Source of the DNA: an uncultured Gemmatimonadaceae bacterium
GTDB taxonomy: Bacteria > Gemmatimonadota > Gemmatimonadetes > Gemmatimonadales > Gemmatimonadaceae
Length of the DNA stretch: 64,000 nucleotides
Direction: 5' to 3'
NCBI GenBank assembly: GCA_963829055.1
Contig: CAWHHI010000017.1
Coordinates: forward strand, 64,001 to 128,000
Positions 1 through 9,842 of the stretch are shown in pieces. The notes under the pieces were generated by a model. That model did not search any database. It saw nothing but the letters and a program-made list of their open reading frames with translations, and was not told the DNA's origin. The position numbers and the translations under genes were made by a program. The number at the start of each line of letters is the position of its first letter. Position 1 is the first letter of the stretch.

Positions 1-761
1 TCCGTTGCAACGACGGATCCGAGGCGCACCTGACGTTCATGGCGGCCATCGGAACGCCGGGCGAGTTCGTGCGCTCGTGCAACCAGGAGCAGAGCGTGAA
101 GGTCGGCCCGGCGACGCCGCCGAACTCGCCTAACGGCGGCGGCCGGCGCATCATCCCGGACGCGGCGTGCGTGCAGCAGTTCCTCGTCATGAACGACGGC
201 AACAGCTCGGACTTCGGCTCAGGCTTGCACGAGAGTTGGCAGACGTCGAACGACATCAGGACGGCCGACGGTCGCTCGATCGCGTCATTCGATCCGTACT
301 TCCAGGTCAACTTCCCGAGCCGGTACTACGACCCTGCCCTGCCCGGCATCACGGCCGGCCTGTGGACCTTTGCTTCCTCCGACGACGCGCGCGCGGGCGG
401 CGCGTGCCAGGAGTCGATCCGGAACGGCGCGACGGCCGGCGTCGCATACGACGACCCACGCTCGGCATTCAACGGCGTCGAGCGGTTCATCGACGTCAAC
501 TCGATTCGTATCGACAACCGCGACGGTCCGGCGGTGTGGTACACGAACCCGTTTGGCCGAGGCGGCCGAACGGAGCCGTTCCCGGGCTCGGTCCGGCAGG
601 TGCTCTCGAAGGTGAACAACAGCGCACTCCGGATCTCGGGCCCTGGCTTGGGCTTCGATCGATTCTACGGCGGCGCGAAGACGCACGCGCCGAACCCCGT
701 CAGTGCGAGTCAGACTCGAGTCAGACGTCGGAACGATCAATCGAGTCAGACTCGAGTCTGA
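1..761 (+). CDS. Hypothetical protein, 5'-truncated by the window edge
   Basis: Frame open from position 3 (RCNDGSEAHLTFM...) with GC3-rich codons; the tail after ...KTHAPN runs into the repeat at 707-765. Confidence 0.65.
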   Translation, partial: RCNDGSEAHLTFMAAIGTPGEFVRSCNQEQSVKVGPATPPNSPNGGGRRIIPDAACVQQFLVMNDGNSSDFGSGLHESWQTSNDIRTADGRSIASFDPYFQVNFPSRYYDPALPGITAGLWTFASSDDARAGGACQESIRNGATAGVAYDDPRSAFNGVERFIDVNSIRIDNRDGPAVWYTNPFGRGGRTEPFPGSVRQVLSKVNNSALRISGPGLGFDRFYGGAKTHAPNPVSASQTRVRRRNDQSSQTRV

Positions 762-765
762 CCCC
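707..765. repeat. GAGTCAGACTC-type short palindromic repeat
   Basis: Two GAGTCAGACTCGAGTC units; perfect 18-bp palindrome GTCAGACTCGAGTCTGAC at 745-762. Confidence 0.75.
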
Positions 766-900
766 GTCTTCCGGGACGATAGCACGTCGCGCTCCGACAG
801 CCGTCGTTCGAAAGAACGTGGGACGAACCGGCCAGGTATGGAAACCCCGACATGGGGTCGCGCCGTAGAGGAGGGACTCTGATCCCGCCGAGGCCGGAGC

Positions 901-3330
901 GTGCATCTATCTCGTGGGGTGGTAGTTCTTGGATTGCTGACCGCTGCCTTTGCTGGCCATACCCGTTCACTGATTGCTCAGGCGGCGCAGACCGACGGCC
1001 GAGCCCGCGCCGACTCCGCGCGCACGCGCATCGTGCGCCCCGAGCGGGCACGCCAAACGCCAAGGCGCAGACCGGACGCGTCACCGTGGCACTCCCGCCG
1101 CGGGCGGCTGCCCGACCTGGAACCTGCCATCGCCGCGGCCGCGTACCGCGATGCACGAGCGCGCGAGATCATCGACCACGCCCGCCTCGCCCGCGTGCGC
1201 CAGGACTCGACCCTAACGAGCTACGACGCGACGGTGAAGCAGCGCCTCTCGGCCGGCCTCAACGTCAAAGCGATCGGCCGCGACCGGCTGCTCTTCCGAT
1301 CCGAGCTCGCCGCACGCGTACGGTGGAACCAGGCGAACCGCGTGTGGGTGGACGTCCTCGGTGCGCGCACGGCAGTCCCTGTGTCGTTCGCCGGAGTGAA
1401 GGTGCTCACCGGCATCGCCGAGCTCGTCCCGATTCCGTACTTCGCCGGCAGCGAGCGGCTGATGTGGTGGGTCAACATGGACGAGGACAAGGATGACGAC
1501 GAGGACATGTTCTCGTACGTGCACCCGCTCGAGCGTGGCGCCGAGGCGGTCTACGAGTACCGCTCCGGCGACTCCGCTCTGATTCGTCTGCCGGGCGGCA
1601 AGGAAATCTCACTGCGCGAGGTGACCATCCATCCGCGCGAGGCGAGTCCCGACCTGATCGTCGGCTCGCTGTGGTTCGAGGCGGCGGGCGGGCAGCTCGT
1701 GCGCGCCGCATTCAAGCCCGCGGCACCGATGGACATGATGAAGGTCATTGGCGAGGACTCGTTCGAGGACGTCCCGGCGCCGATACGTGCGACCTTGCTC
1801 ACGCCGGCCGAGTTCACGGTCGAGTCGTTCACCATCGAGTACGGACTCTACGGAGAACGTTGGTGGCTGCCGCGTTCGCAGACGGCGCGCGGCGAGATGC
1901 ACATGGGGTTCACTCGCTCGGTCGCGACCATCGATCAGAGCTTTCGCTACGCCTCGGTAAACGGCACCGACTCGCTTCCCACCGTCCCTGCGTCCGCGCG
2001 GCGATTCGGAGCGGACTTCGGCAAGGATGTCGGGACCGTCGTCGGCGGCGTGGTCGATGGCGTCGTGCCGGGGAAGCAGTTCAAGCGACGCGATGACACG
2101 CTCGACTGCGCGAAGGGCGACACCGCGGTGCACCGCGAGCGTCGCGGCGACGTTCGCATGACGATCAGCATGCCATGCGACACCGACGCGCTGATCCACT
2201 CGCCAGAACTGCCGAAGTCGATCTTCGACGCAGGCGAGGAGCAATTCGGTCTCGCCGATGCGCGTGCGCTGGCGAAGGATCTCGGGCTGGATACCGAGCT
2301 GGCCGAGTTGTCAGGCTCATCGTCGTCATCGACGACGACGACGGTCTCGTACGGCTGGCGGCGCGGCCTGATGCGGTACAATCGAGTGGAGGGTCTCTCG
2401 GTCGGGGCGTTAGGCGAGCGCGCGCTCGGGAAGCGCTACGACGGCAGCGCGCTCGTGCGTTTGGGGACCGCGGACCTCATGCCTAACGTCGAGCTGCGCG
2501 TCGCCCGTGGTGACGAGCGTCGGTCCATTGGCCTGACGGGATATCACCGCCTCGACAGCGCGAACGACTGGGGAGACCCATTCGGCATCGGTGGATCGCT
2601 CTCGGCGCTCGTGTTCGGTCGCGACGAGGGCTACTACTACCGGAGCTCGGGTGTGGAGATGACGGGAACGCGAGCGCCGGAAGCGTGGTCGAGCATCACG
2701 TGGCGCGTGTTCGTGCAGCGCGAGCACGACGCGCCCGCCGAGACGGACATCTCGCTGCCGAACGCGTTCCGCGGCGCGACGTTCGAGCCTAACGTGACGG
2801 CGATTCCCGCCAGCGAAGGTGGGGCGAACGCTCGGCTCCGAGCCGCACACGGGCTCGACCCGCGCGGCCTTCGCCTCTCCGCCGACCTGCGCGCCGAGGC
2901 AGCCGCGGGCACGTTCGACTACACGCGTGTGGCCGCGGACTTCACGGCGTCGCGGTATCTGTTTCGCAATGTCGGGCTGGCGCTCATGGGCGGCGCCGGT
3001 ACAAGCGGAGGAACGCTCTCGCCGCAGCGGGAGTGGTTCATTGGGGGAACGCATACGGTTCGCGGATTTGCGCCGGGAACGTTGACGGGCGACTCGTACT
3101 GGCTCGCGCGCGCCGAGCTCGGGTTCGGCGGCTCGGTCATCCGGCCCATTGTCTTCTATGACGCGGGCTGGGCGGGATCTCGCTCGGAGTGGAGTCGATC
3201 GTATGGAAACATTCGTGGCGCCGGCGCGGGGCTGTCGTTCCTCGATGGATTGGCGCGGATCGATCTCGCTCGCGGCGTAGACCCGCGCACGGTGTGGCAC
3301 GGGCATCTGTATGTCGAGGCTTCGTTCTAG
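901..3330 (+). CDS. Outer-membrane protein with C-terminal BamA/TamA/ShlB-like beta-barrel
   Basis: Signal peptide; RYNRVEGLSVG segment; C-terminal FIGGTHTVRGF, FYDAGWAG and RIDLARG motifs; terminal Phe. Confidence 0.8.
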   Translation: MHLSRGVVVLGLLTAAFAGHTRSLIAQAAQTDGRARADSARTRIVRPERARQTPRRRPDASPWHSRRGRLPDLEPAIAAAAYRDARAREIIDHARLARVRQDSTLTSYDATVKQRLSAGLNVKAIGRDRLLFRSELAARVRWNQANRVWVDVLGARTAVPVSFAGVKVLTGIAELVPIPYFAGSERLMWWVNMDEDKDDDEDMFSYVHPLERGAEAVYEYRSGDSALIRLPGGKEISLREVTIHPREASPDLIVGSLWFEAAGGQLVRAAFKPAAPMDMMKVIGEDSFEDVPAPIRATLLTPAEFTVESFTIEYGLYGERWWLPRSQTARGEMHMGFTRSVATIDQSFRYASVNGTDSLPTVPASARRFGADFGKDVGTVVGGVVDGVVPGKQFKRRDDTLDCAKGDTAVHRERRGDVRMTISMPCDTDALIHSPELPKSIFDAGEEQFGLADARALAKDLGLDTELAELSGSSSSSTTTTVSYGWRRGLMRYNRVEGLSVGALGERALGKRYDGSALVRLGTADLMPNVELRVARGDERRSIGLTGYHRLDSANDWGDPFGIGGSLSALVFGRDEGYYYRSSGVEMTGTRAPEAWSSITWRVFVQREHDAPAETDISLPNAFRGATFEPNVTAIPASEGGANARLRAAHGLDPRGLRLSADLRAEAAAGTFDYTRVAADFTASRYLFRNVGLALMGGAGTSGGTLSPQREWFIGGTHTVRGFAPGTLTGDSYWLARAELGFGGSVIRPIVFYDAGWAGSRSEWSRSYGNIRGAGAGLSFLDGLARIDLARGVDPRTVWHGHLYVEASF

Positions 3331-3370
3331 GTACGGCGATGCTGGGCACGGCCTTGCATTTCGGCACCGT

Positions 3371-3428
3371 CGCGCCACGGCCGGTGGGAACTGCGATTGA
3401 ACGGATTTACACGGAAACGGCCGGATAC
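3371..3428. repeat. Half copy of structured repeat family A
   Basis: GGCCGGTGGGAACTGCGATT...ACACGGAAACGGCCGGATAC matches arms of the copies at 43481 and 54571. Confidence 0.7.
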
Positions 3429-3440
3429 TCGCTCAGATGT

Positions 3441-3634
3441 TGTCATTCCGAGCGGGGCCGCGGAGCCATGTCATTCCGAGCGAGCCGAAGCCGAGTCGAG
3501 GAATCGTCGATCGTCCCGATAGAGAGGCCCTCTACCGTATGACAGTCGCGATTCCTCGACTGCGGCCCTTCGGGCCTTCGCTCGGAATGACATAGCCCTC
3601 GACTGCGGCCTGACGGCCTCCGCTCGGAATGACA
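3441..3634. repeat. REP-like palindrome family B (TGTCATTCCGAGCG...GTCGAGGAATC...GATTCCTCGAC...CGCTCGGAATGACA)
   Basis: Inverted termini and inner stem visible; doubled ends; other copies at 26251, 32454, 43536 and 46431. Confidence 0.9.
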
Positions 3635-3653
3635 GCAACCGGCCGATGGCGTC

Positions 3654-4956
3654 TCACGCGCCCATCGTTTGCACTCGGCGGAGCAGCGCGGCCGCCTGGC
3701 TCGGGGCCGGGCCGTCGATCAGGTCGAAGGCCAGGGCTACCTCCAGCGCCTGCTGCACCAGCTTCACGTTGCCGCGCGTCCGCGCGCGGCGGAGAACGAT
3801 CGTCAGCAGCAGCGATGCGAGGGCGTCGCGTTGATCCGGCGCGAGGGCGACCAGCGGCTCGACCCAGCACGGACTCGAGCCGTCATCACCGATGAGTGCC
3901 ATCACGGCCGCGGTGGCGCCGCGCGCAGTAACGCGCCGGTCGTACGATGGCCGGCGGCTCGCGGCCCGGGGCCAGCGCCGCCGCGCAGAGGGCGCCCATC
4001 ACGTACGTGCTGTGATAGGACGTCTCCAGCGCGATTCGCGCTCGATCATCACCCGCGAACGGCCTGTACCGCGTCTCGCCTAACGCGGCGCCCGGCAGGA
4101 AGCCGAGCGTGTCCTGGAGATTGGCGACGATGCTGAACGCGAACGTCGCGGCCGGCGTCCACGCGAGCCCGAGCATCGGCCACGTCATGAGTACTTCCGC
4201 CGTCAGGTCGAAGTCGTTCGAGTCGAGGCTCAACGCCAGCGCGGCATCCGCGTCCGCGGTAATGGCCGCTGGCGACCGCAACCCGGCAATGCGTTGGCGG
4301 CCCACGTCGCTGGCGTACATGACGGCACGCGTGAACGAGCAAATGTCGTGACGTGTAGCGCCAAGCGCGTCGATCGGCCTGCCGAGCATGGAGTCGGCGA
4401 CGAGATCGGCATCGCGACGCGTGGGTGGCTCGACGGCGCTCCAGAGCCGCGCCAGCCACGCCTGTTCCAGCACGCGATGCGGCAGCCGTTCGGGTCCGAA
4501 GTTCGGACCCATGGCCAGGCTCCGCGAAAGCAGCGCGTCGACGCGTGGGTCGGGGAACCCGAGGCGACTGAGGATGATGTGTCCGATCGAACGGTCGCGA
4601 GCCGTGGCCGGATCGAGGCACATGCCGGCAAGGACATCGTCGTGGCGCGCGTGCGGAAGCAGCAGCACGGCGAGCGTTTCGAATCGCTCACGGATCCGTT
4701 CGTCCAGCGTCGAGAGCGGCTCGACGCAGAGCAACAGCATTGCCGTATCGGAGACGGCCTTCTCGCGCATCCGTCCAGCAACGCTGACGTCTCGCGTAGC
4801 GGGGACAGGCGCTGCGGTCGTGTCGGCCATGGACCGAACCATTCGCAGCGCCAGATCGAGGACATCCACGACTCTGCGGATCAGATCCGCATGATCCCAG
4901 CGAACGACAGGATTGGCCGGCATGGACACGGCCGCTGTTGCGTTAGGCAATGACAT
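3654..4956 (-). CDS. DUF6895-like alpha-helical protein, frameshifted near 3905-3930
   Basis: ORFs 3886..4968 and 3654..3905 join. Motifs FTRAVMYASD, DFDLTAE and SYHSTYVMG resemble DUF6895 as I recall it (unverified). Start at 4956 or 4923. Confidence 0.55.
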
Positions 4957-5104
4957 ATGCCTGCACATCGCTGGGGGAGCCCGTCATCCCTTCACCCGGG
5001 CATCGTATTGCGACAGGAGCGTCCCGGTGCCCGAAATCGATCGCATTGCTGCACACGAACGCTTCGGTGGCTTCCCGGTGGCGTTCCGTTCGTACGTCCG
5101 GCAT
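4943..5104 (-). CDS. 53-aa peptide MPDVRTERHREATEAFVCSNAIDFGHRDAPVAIRCPGEGMTGSPSDVQAYVIA
   Basis: AGGAGG 8 nt upstream of the ATG; its last codons overlap the ATG at 4956 of the downstream gene; too short for the ORF track. Confidence 0.6.
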   Translation of the reverse strand: MPDVRTERHREATEAFVCSNAIDFGHRDAPVAIRCPGEGMTGSPSDVQAYVIA

Positions 5105-5261
5105 GACACCAACCTCCTACGGAGTTGAACCACTCGACGCCGCACGACGTCACTCGGCTGTCGAGTGCCCTGCAAGATCAACTCGGCTATGGCGTCTGAT
5201 AACTGGGGGAAACCCTAGTCACGAGCTTCCGGGCGCCGACAGGAAACGGCTGGAACTGCGG

Positions 5262-5640
5262 AACGGCAACTGCAACTGCAACTGCAAGACAGGATGGCCA
5301 GGATTGGCAGGATTAACACGATGACGGCCTCACGTCGAGCGGCGACTCGGCGGGGCCTAACGAATGTGGGAACAGCATCTCAGCGAGAGTGGCGTCCCGA
5401 GCAGCCGTTCCTCTCATACCTGGGCTCGTTGCGCGAGGCCGAGCGCGAACGGAGGCTCTGTTCAATCCTGTCCATCCTGCCAATCCTGTCATGCAGTTGC
5501 AGTTGCCGGACGTTTTCGAAACGGCTCTCGGGGAGAGTAGCATCCCGAGCGGCCGTTGCCCTATTCCCGGCTCATTGCGACAGCAAGCGTGGATGTAGAG
5601 CCGTCATCCTGTAAATCCTTGCCATCCTGGCTATCCTGTC
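5262..5640. repeat. GACAGGAT/ATCCTGTC and (GCAACT)n inverted tandem-repeat element
   Basis: GCAACTGCAACTGCAACTGCAAGACAGGATGGCCAGGATTGGCAGGATT (5266-5314) is mirrored by AATCCTGTCCATCCTGCCAATCCTGTCATGCAGTTGCAGTTGCC (5464-5507); a further arm lies at 5606-5640 and a related arm at 24020-24047. Confidence 0.75.
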
Positions 5641-5715
5641 GTGCTGTTCTTTCACTATTGCAGCACTCGAGACCCCGTGCGATCGTTCCACTCACCTGGT
5701 GACTGGAGCGAACGC

Positions 5716-6048
5716 GTGGCACGAACTCCGCCCGAAATGCTTCAGGGCACGGTCGACATCCTCATCCTGCGCACGCTGGCGTGGGAGCCCATGCACGGCT
5801 ACGCCATATCGCGCTGGCTCGACGCCCGCAGCGACGGCGTCCTGACCGTCGACGGTGCCGCGCTCTACCAGGCCCTCCACCGCCTCGAGAACCGCAAATG
5901 GGTCTCGGCCACGTGGGGTGTATCGGAAAACAACCGCAAGGCGAAGTACTATGCGCTGACGGCGGCGGGAAAGGCGCAACTCAGAGCCGAGTCGGCAGTG
6001 TGGAAGACGTACGCCGAAGCGGTCGCCAAGGTGCTGAGCCCAGGGTGA
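5716..6048 (+). CDS. PadR-family transcriptional regulator (acidobacterial ADOP-associated type)
   Basis: LQGTVDILILRTL, PMHGYAI, LYQALHRLE and WGVSENNRKAKYY motifs; lies directly upstream of an ADOP gene. Confidence 0.92.
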   Translation: MARTPPEMLQGTVDILILRTLAWEPMHGYAISRWLDARSDGVLTVDGAALYQALHRLENRKWVSATWGVSENNRKAKYYALTAAGKAQLRAESAVWKTYAEAVAKVLSPG

Positions 6049-6058
6049 GGATGCGGTC

Positions 6059-6796
6059 ATGCCTAACAAGCCATCACGGATCTTCCAGCTGCCGTGGCGC
6101 ACACGCAATCAGATCGTGCGCGACGTGGACGCCGAGCTGGCCTTCCACCTCGAGATGCGCGTGAGCGAGCTCGTGGCCGCCGGTGCCGATCCCGAGCAGC
6201 GCGCGTCGCCGAGCAGGCGAGGAGTTCGGCGATCTGGAATTCACGCGCGCGTACTGTCGTGAGGTCGACGAGCGAACGAATCGCGAGACCTGGCTCGCGG
6301 ATACGCTGACCGAATGGCGCCAGGATATCCGCTATGCGTGGCGCACCATGCGGTTCGCGAACCCGTCGTTCGCCATCGTGTCGCTCGTGACGCTCATGCT
6401 GGCAATCGGGCGAACACCGCGATTTTCAGCGTCACGCGTGCGGTGCTGCTCAGTCCCCTGCCCTACGGACGCCGTCGTCACTCGTGGCGGTGTACGAAAC
6501 GCCACGCTCCGCGCCCGCGAGCCGCAATCCGCTCTCGGTACCGAACCTCGTCGACTACAGGGCGGCACAGCACACGCTGACGGGGCTGGCCGCGTATGAC
6601 GATCGCTCGATCACGTGGCGTCCGACGATCGGACCCCGGTTGCTGACGAAGCATGCTCGGTACGGGGCAACCACGGTTCGAGCTGTTGCAGGTCGCCGTG
6701 GCGTTAGGCCTGGTGAGCGTGGTCGTCGTCGCGTGTCTGGTCCCGGCAGCACGTGCCATGCGCGTCGATCCCATCACGAGCCTGCGCGCCGAGTAG
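6059..6796 (+). pseudogene. ADOP permease remnant: N-terminus joined to the C-terminus, about 2 kb missing
   Basis: VDAELAFHLEM, WRQDIRYAWR and ANTAIFSV in shifting frames, then directly ACLVPAARAMRVDPITSLRAE*. Confidence 0.7.
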
Positions 6797-6823
6797 GTAG
6801 TTGAAACACTACTGCGGAGGCGG

Positions 6824-7789
6824 CTATTGTGGCGGCGTGTAGCGCTCGTTCGTGGGCGCCGCGCCAAAGCCCGCCTGTGTGCCTCCGCCGATGACGTAGA
6901 TCGCCTTCCCGACAGTCGCCGCGCCGAGGCCGTGTCGCGGCGTCGGCATGTCGGCCACGCGCCTCCAGGAATTGCGAGCGGGATCGTATTCCTCGTTATG
7001 CGGAAACACTCCGGGCGCTTCGCCGCCGAATACGTACAGCTTTCCGCCCGACGCGGCGGCACCCAACCCACCGCGCGCGGTCGGCATGTCAGTCAGGCGT
7101 TGCCATGTATTCGTCGCCGGCGAGTACGCTTCGAGCGTGGCAAAGTTGGCCGGCGCCCGCCCGCCGGCGACGAAGACGCGGTCGCCTATGACAGCGGCGG
7201 CCAGATGCTCGCGCGGCGTCGGCATCGGTGCGAGCGACGTCCAGCTGTCGGTAGCCGGATCGTAAACCTCGTTGGTCCCGACGACGCCTCCACCACTCAC
7301 GCCGCCGATCGCGTAGATCTTCCCTGCGTACTCGACGGTGACGTGCGCCGCACGAGGCGCTGGCATGGCGCGGCGCGAGGTCCACGTTCGCGCCCCCGGG
7401 TTGTACGCGAACACGCTTGCCGACGGTGGACCGGCGCTCGTGTAGCCGCCGGTCACGATCACCTGACCTCCAACCGCGGAGACGCCAGGGTGATTACGAC
7501 CTTCGGGCATCGCCGGACCGGGTGTCCAACGATCCGCGGCGACGTCGTAGATCTCGAGCGTGGCAACGGTCGCGCGCTGGGCGTCGTATCCGCCCGCGGT
7601 ATAGATGCGCCCGTCAATGAGCACCGAAGGCATTTCCTGTCGCGCGGTGAGTAGCGGCGCGCGGGCGTCCCAGCTCCCGACGCCGGGCTGCGATTGGTCG
7701 GTCGACGGGCCATCGTCATCGCCGCACGCAACGGCGAGCGAGAGGGCCATCGAACAGATGACCGTGTGCGCTGCGTGCCGTGCACGCAT
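6824..7789 (-). CDS. Kelch-repeat beta-propeller lipoprotein
   Basis: Lipobox LAVAC; six GG..Y..W..MPxxR Kelch repeats. Confidence 0.9.
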   Translation of the reverse strand: MRARHAAHTVICSMALSLAVACGDDDGPSTDQSQPGVGSWDARAPLLTARQEMPSVLIDGRIYTAGGYDAQRATVATLEIYDVAADRWTPGPAMPEGRNHPGVSAVGGQVIVTGGYTSAGPPSASVFAYNPGARTWTSRRAMPAPRAAHVTVEYAGKIYAIGGVSGGGVVGTNEVYDPATDSWTSLAPMPTPREHLAAAVIGDRVFVAGGRAPANFATLEAYSPATNTWQRLTDMPTARGGLGAAASGGKLYVFGGEAPGVFPHNEEYDPARNSWRRVADMPTPRHGLGAATVGKAIYVIGGGTQAGFGAAPTNERYTPPQ

Positions 7790-7826
7790 GGTGGTCAAGC
7801 CATCAGCTCCGTACACGCGGCTCGCT

Positions 7827-8806
7827 CTAGTTCCAGCGCAGGCCGCGCAGCTGGTCGAGGTTCAGGTTGCCCCCCGAGAGCACGACCGCGACGCGCGAGC
7901 CCGCCGGCAGCCTAACGAGCCCGTGCAGCAGCGCCGCGACCGGCGCCGCCGCCGCGCCTTCGACCACGAGCTTGCAGCGCTCCATCACCCAGATCATCGC
8001 GTCGAAGATGTCGCGGTCGGGCAGCGCCACGATCTCGTCCACGAACCGCTGCACCACCGAGAAGTTGAGCTCACCCGACGCGACGCACGCGCAGGCCGTC
8101 GATGATCGTGCGGCAGTCGATCGTCTCGAGCCGTCCGGCTTCGACGCTGCGCTGCATCGCCGGGCCGTCCGACGACTCCACGCCGATCACGCGGACCTTC
8201 GGGTTGTGACTCTTCACCGCCATCGACACGCCGGCGATGAGTCCGCCGCCGCCGATCGGCACGACGATCGCGTCGAGCTCCGGCCAGTCCTGCACGATCT
8301 CCAGGCCTAACGTGCCCTGCCCCGCGATGAGCTGCTCGTCGTCGAACGGGTGCACGTAGGTCAGCCCTTCCGTGCGAACGAGCTCCTTCGCCTTCTCGTT
8401 CGCTTCATCCCAGATGTTGCCGTGCAGCACCACCTCGGCACCGTAGCCCTTGCGTCGCCGCGATCTTCGCCGGCGTCGCGTTCGTGGCCATGCACACCAC
8501 GGCACGAATGCCGTGGATCTTCGCCGCCAGCGCCACGCCCTGCGCGTGATTGCCCGCCGACGAGCAGACGACGCCGCGTCGCTTCTGCTCTTCGGGCATG
8601 AGCGCGAACTTGTTGAGCGGTCCGCGGATCTTGTACGACCCGACGCGCTGGAAGAGCTCGGCCTTGAGTCGCACGTCGAAGCCCGTTCGCTCGCTCAGCT
8701 GACGCGACGTCAGCAGCGGCGTGTGCTTGATGTGCTCGGCGATGCGGGCACGCGTCTCCTGGAAGTCGGAGAGCGTCAGCGCGAAGAGATCGGCGGTTTG
8801 CGTCAC
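7827..8806 (-). CDS. PLP-dependent threonine/serine dehydratase (short TdcB/IlvA type), two frameshifts
   Basis: KAELFQRVGSYKIRG (PLP lysine), SAGNHAQG, HPFDD, GQGT, PIGGGGLI and LSGGN spread over three ORFs. Confidence 0.88.
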
Positions 8807-9088
8807 GGGTTCTCGGATTGGCGTTACAGCGTTTGTTCGACAGGAAGCGTGAATCCCGCAGATACGGCGGGTACAGCGGGCGCCGCGGTCGTGTGGCGAG
8901 CGAAGGTAGGCGCGGGCCGCGGCGGCGTCGAGGGTCGCCTCATGTGGGGCAGCGACGGTGCCACGATTTCGCGGAGCGCGGCATCAGATCATCACTCCCC
9001 ACGAACAGCGCAGTGCGGTATCGTATTGCACACTGCAGTCCGCCACGTCAAACCACCACTGTTGGAGTCAATCGAGGAGTCATTGGCA

Positions 9089-9650
9089 ATGCGTCAATCT
9101 GTTCGGTTCACAGTGCTCAATTGCGCCCTGGTGCTGGCGTGCGCCGCTCCGGCCGTCGCGCAATCCAGCGGTGGCCTCACGGCCGACCTCGTCAGCGACG
9201 TCACCGAGGCGCAGAAGAAGTTCGTCGATCTCGCGAAGGCCATTCCGGCGGAGAAGTACGACTGGCGCCCGAGTGCGGGCGTGCGCTCGGTGGGCGAGGT
9301 GCTGCGCCACGTCGCGAGCGACAACTATCTGATCCCGGCCGCGCTGGGCTTCAAGGCCGATCCGTCGACGGGCATCAAGGGCGAGGACTACAAGACGGCG
9401 CAGGCGTTCGAGAGCGAAGAAGTCGACGAAGGAGCAGACGGTCGCGGACCTCGAGAAGTCGTTCGCGCACCTGAAGCAGAGCATGCAGGCGACTCCGGCC
9501 TCGAAGCTCGGCGATCAGGTGAAGATGTTCGGCCAGTCGTTCACGACGCAGCGCGCGTGGATCCTCGGCACGACGCACCTCCACGAGCATCTGGGCCAGT
9601 TGATCGCGTACGCGCGGTCGAACAACGTGAAGCCGCCCTGGAGTCAGTAG
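9089..9650 (+). CDS. Secreted DinB-family protein, frameshift near 9415
   Basis: Signal peptide; WRPSAGVRSVGEVLRHVA; C-terminal HLHEHLGQLIAYARSNNVKPPWS. Confidence 0.85.
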
Positions 9651-9714
9651 GCCGGCCGGGAAGGAGGCCGTAGGAAGGAGGAGGACGGCGGCGGGCGGAC
9701 GGCGGAGAAACGGC

Positions 9715-9808
9715 GTGTCATCCCGAGCGGCGGAGCGAGCGATGTCCTGTGACGTCATCGTAGCCAGCCTGGCCACGGTACTCACGGAGATCCCTCGCTG
9801 TCGCTCGT
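9715..9808. repeat. Degenerate family-B variant (GTCATCCCGAGCG...GATCCCTCG)
   Basis: Similar to the copy at 22240-22356; flanked by AGGAAGGAGG/CCTCCTTCC arms. Confidence 0.5.
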
Positions 9809-9842
9809 ATGCCAGCCTCCTTCCCGGCCTCCTTCCTATGGC

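Noticed and set aside
3441..3634. Possible CRISPR array from the repeated GTCATTCCGAG and GGAATGAC units
   Set aside because: The units are inverted arms of one palindrome rather than direct repeats with unique equal-length spacers, and there are no cas genes.
8450..9673. 407-aa plus-strand ORF and many other long overlapping ORFs (e.g. 35485-37047, 53418-55145, 58673-59944)
   Set aside because: These are shadow or merged frames typical of high-GC DNA; the family motifs lie in other frames, and only the 9089-9415 part of this ORF is real.
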